A DNA stretch of 63,338 bases, counting the filler, from Actinomycetota bacterium (GTDB lineage: Bacteria; Actinomycetota; Actinomycetes; JAKEEW01): the NCBI GenBank assembly GCA_046725875.1. It is 6 parts of 6 records of this genome, joined end to end, with 100 filler letters (N's around TTAATTAATTAA, not from the genome) between each part and the next. Parts side by side here need not be neighbours in the genome. Positions count along the whole stretch, not along the records: positions 58,363 to 63,338 come from JBKOZJ010000188.1; 5 more parts are not named here. The stretch is one strand, 5' to 3'. A program made the position numbers and the translations under genes. Below are positions 62,846-63,338 of this stretch, one piece after another. Position 1 is the stretch's first letter, and every line of letters begins with the position of its first letter. The notes under the pieces are model-generated. The model did no database searches and had not been told where the DNA came from. It worked only from the letters and a program-made list of their open reading frames with translations.

Positions 62846-63019
62846 ATGACAATCACCCCGGTCAGGCAGGGCCACTTCCTGCTTGACCTGCCAGATTGGT
62901 TCGAGGACTTCATGCCGACGCCATGGCTGCGCCAGCTGCCTCAGCAGCCGGGCCGATGGACTCGGGCGGTGGGGTCCTTTGGCCACTGCGAGGGTCCATT
63001 GCAGCGGTGGAGGCTTTGA
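62846..63019 (+). pseudogene. Possible N-terminal remnant of an Hsp20/alpha-crystallin gene
   Basis: Strong RBS AAGGAGG, then MTITPVRQGHFLLDLPDWFEDFMP; no crystallin core. Confidence 0.45.
62949..62986 (+). promoter_or_regulatory. Two DosR/OsdR-box-like sites
   Basis: CGGGCCGATGGACTCG and GGGGTCCTTTGGCCAC, 22 nt apart. Confidence 0.45.
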
Positions 63020-63021
63020 GC

Positions 63022-63338
63022 ATGAACGAACATCAGGCGATGGTGGTCCTCAACGTTTCGGAATGCTGGGGACTGCTGCGGGAGGCCGTCGTCGGCCGGC
63101 TCGCGGTGATGCTCGATGATCAGCCGGATATCTTCCCGGTGAACTACCTGGTCGACCGCGGAAGCATCGTCTTCCAGACCGCGACCGGCACGAAGCTCGC
63201 CAAGTCGGTGGGCCGCCCGGTTGCCTTCGAGGTAGACGGCTACGACCCGGCGTCCGGCGAGGCCTGGAGCGTTGTGGTGAAGGGCAAGGCGTGGGAGGTC
63301 AAACAGCTGTACGACGTGCTCGATGCGCTCGACCTGCC
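63022..63338 (+). CDS. Pyridoxamine 5'-phosphate oxidase-like protein, 3'-partial (not in the ORF track)
   Basis: My translation: ECWGLLREAVVGRLAV..PDIFPVNY..GTKL..VAFEVDG..AWSVVVKG. Confidence 0.85.
   Translation, partial: MNEHQAMVVLNVSECWGLLREAVVGRLAVMLDDQPDIFPVNYLVDRGSIVFQTATGTKLAKSVGRPVAFEVDGYDPASGEAWSVVVKGKAWEVKQLYDVLDALDL

Overview
High-GC actinomycete DNA, probably from a draft or metagenome assembly. It consists of six unrelated contigs joined by five artificial 100-nt spacers (N44-TTAATTAATTAA-N44 at 16507-16606, 27172-27271, 36255-36354, 48777-48876 and 58263-58362), so no synteny can be inferred across them. Contig 1: comF', raiA-motif ncRNA, hpf, NarL-type regulator, YcaQ-like glycosylase, GNAT, epimerase and secA, then an uncharacterised six-gene module (Rv3235-like, LysM, tandem Sm-like, CpaE/ParA-like ATPase, SAF, Xis/MerR-like HTH) and a complete GlcNAc-type PTS cluster with dre-like operators and a deleted dasR-like gene. 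Contig 2: ureohydrolase with a structured leader, TetR/hydrolase, USP, GAF, ABC exporter and glgM-glgC-pgm'. Contig 3: accessory enzymes. Contig 4: prs, glmU, tRNA-Gln, desaturase/TetR, membrane glycosyltransferase-like genes and scoAB. Contig 5: ArsR/SRPBCC, MFS/TetR, a large membrane-anchored NACHT-like NTPase and a cupin. Contig 6: broken ECF sigma, xfp-ackA and DosR-regulon-like genes. Best leads: (i) the secA-adjacent module with a shared 10-bp-periodic operator, a perfect DnaA box and an Hfq/Sm-like tandem protein; (ii) a candidate unnamed translational riboswitch upstream of the ureohydrolase; (iii) a raiA-motif RNA with a 40-nt insertion; (iv) the NACHT-like protein; (v) repeated genes whose middle is deleted so the N- and C-termini are fused. 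All family calls come from motif recognition by eye; no searches were run.
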